Source of the DNA: Octopus sinensis
Taxonomy: Eukaryota
NCBI RefSeq assembly: GCF_006345805.1
Contig: NC_043000.1
Span: 134,230,001 to 134,294,000 of the forward strand
Direction of reading: 5' to 3'
DNA: 64,000 nucleotides
In this document: positions 62,662-64,000 of the stretch, one piece after another
Numbering within the stretch: the stretch's first letter is position 1
Layout: the number at the start of each line of letters is the position of its first letter
The notes under the pieces: model-generated
What the model was told of the DNA's origin: nothing
What the model saw: the letters and a program-made list of their open reading frames with translations, nothing else
Databases searched by the model: none
Position numbers and translations under genes: made by a program

Positions 62662-64000
62662 AATCAATCATTAAACGTATCCAAACAGTGATAAGTGATA
62701 AATTTAAGTGATAAGATGATGTACCTTTTCATTCAGGTGCAACACCAGAAAATTTTTTTAACTTGTATTATTGCGAGCTGAAGGTGATCAGTAACCCAAA
62801 TAGAGATAAGTCAAAGGAAATATAAAACTAACCTGAGACACCTTGAGTGTGGAAAGGAAATTACTAAAAAAACATCACAGAGATGTATCTCTATAATTCC
62901 ATCTAATCCAAATGATGTGGTGGAAGCAAAGAAAGGTATATGGATTTCTTATATACTTTCAGTACTGTTAAGCTCTGCAGAGATCTTTAACTTAAACAGG
63001 TATATTACTTGCTAAATGACTAAGTAGGATGTAATGTACCTATTATAAGCAAATGTACAAGAAAAGAGTAATGAAAACTTGTGATGCAGATGGTATGGAG
63101 TATAAACAATTTTTCTTTAAAAAAAATAGCAGTGTCAATAATAAAAATAAACCAATAATAGGATATGATATATAACGTTCAGTTCATTGAATCTCATAAA
63201 AGCTGAATGAGTAGAGATCAGAGATTTTAGAGGAACTTCAAAGAGGAAACCAGCCTCTGACGGAAACAAATCCATTTATGCTGCCAGCAACCTAACAAAC
63301 CCACCCACAACAGGATACATAACTGATAAACATCTGCCTGAATCTATGACTATTTCCCAAGCAAGAAGACTGTGGGGGAGTGATACAGCAGTGATAAATA
63401 CAATGCCATAAGACCCTTAATGTAATGGAAGTCTAGGTTTTATAAGCTGTAGCAGGCAGGTTTATCTACTGGGATATATAGATCAGGTGTAATGGAAAAT
63501 AAAAATAAATATAAAAAATAATTTGAAAATACAAAAAAAATAATTAAAAAGCTTAAAACAATGTTTGGCAAGTTTTCTTCAGAAAAAGCATTCCCAGTTG
63601 ACATGAACCATGTGCGAAGGCCCTGAATTCCTTCTTTTGTAAACAGATTAAAATAGGCTCTTAGGAAAAGTCAAGTTTATTTTGAGATAAGTGGCAGCAC
63701 ATGTTCAGAATTAAAGTAGTTTTTTCATGAAGACACTATCTGTATACCTGTTCATTATTCATGTAGATGAGCAAAAAAGTAGCAGTTGTATGGAGAGAGT
63801 ACATAATGTAAAGTGTATAGATCATATACAGAATGTCATTGCCAAAGAGTGTAGTTCACAATTTTGATCAACAGACTTGATTAAATATATATAGTTTGAA
63901 TTAATACTCATAAAAACAATTTTGATTGAATAAAGTTCTCATAAAATACAAGGTAAAAAAAGAAAAACAGACATGAAGAAAGAATTAAACTAATACACAT

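Noticed and set aside
63211-63411. Open plus-strand frame (RGTSKRKPASDGNKSIY...) without a start codon
   Set aside because: Weak acceptor, no recognised homology, and length within chance expectation.

Overview
AT-rich eukaryotic genomic DNA dominated by repeats and microsatellites. The SINE and MITE families suggest an octopod cephalopod (Octopus sp.); this is an inference. I recognise no intact host protein-coding gene, tRNA, rRNA or CRISPR array, so the window reads as intronic or intergenic. Most ORF-track entries come from microsatellites or SINEs. Supported content: (1) tRNA-headed SINEs in two groups, here 'A/A2' and CORE-type 'B1/B2', plus a (GAT)n-tailed element 'C' with internal tandem repeats; the letters are my own working labels. 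(2) Decayed LINE fragments: three R4/Dong-type REL-endonuclease 3' ends embedded in (TAA)n, CR1/L2-like pieces and RTE pieces. (3) DNA elements: a mariner relic with both TIRs, a mariner MITE, TTAA-flanked piggyBac-type MITEs (one nested in another), a Charlie-like hAT MITE, a Helentron/HINE-like element and a foldback element. (4) Two CpG-retaining, promoter-like regions (about 29.9-30.9 kb and 36.3-39.45 kb) and a near-perfect 53-bp-arm hairpin at 60.4 kb. Several candidate small exons are listed at low confidence. I found no evidence of a novel multi-gene system; the most interesting signals concern mobile-element ecology and regulatory or dsRNA structure. Repeat boundaries are approximate unless a TSD or TIR is quoted.
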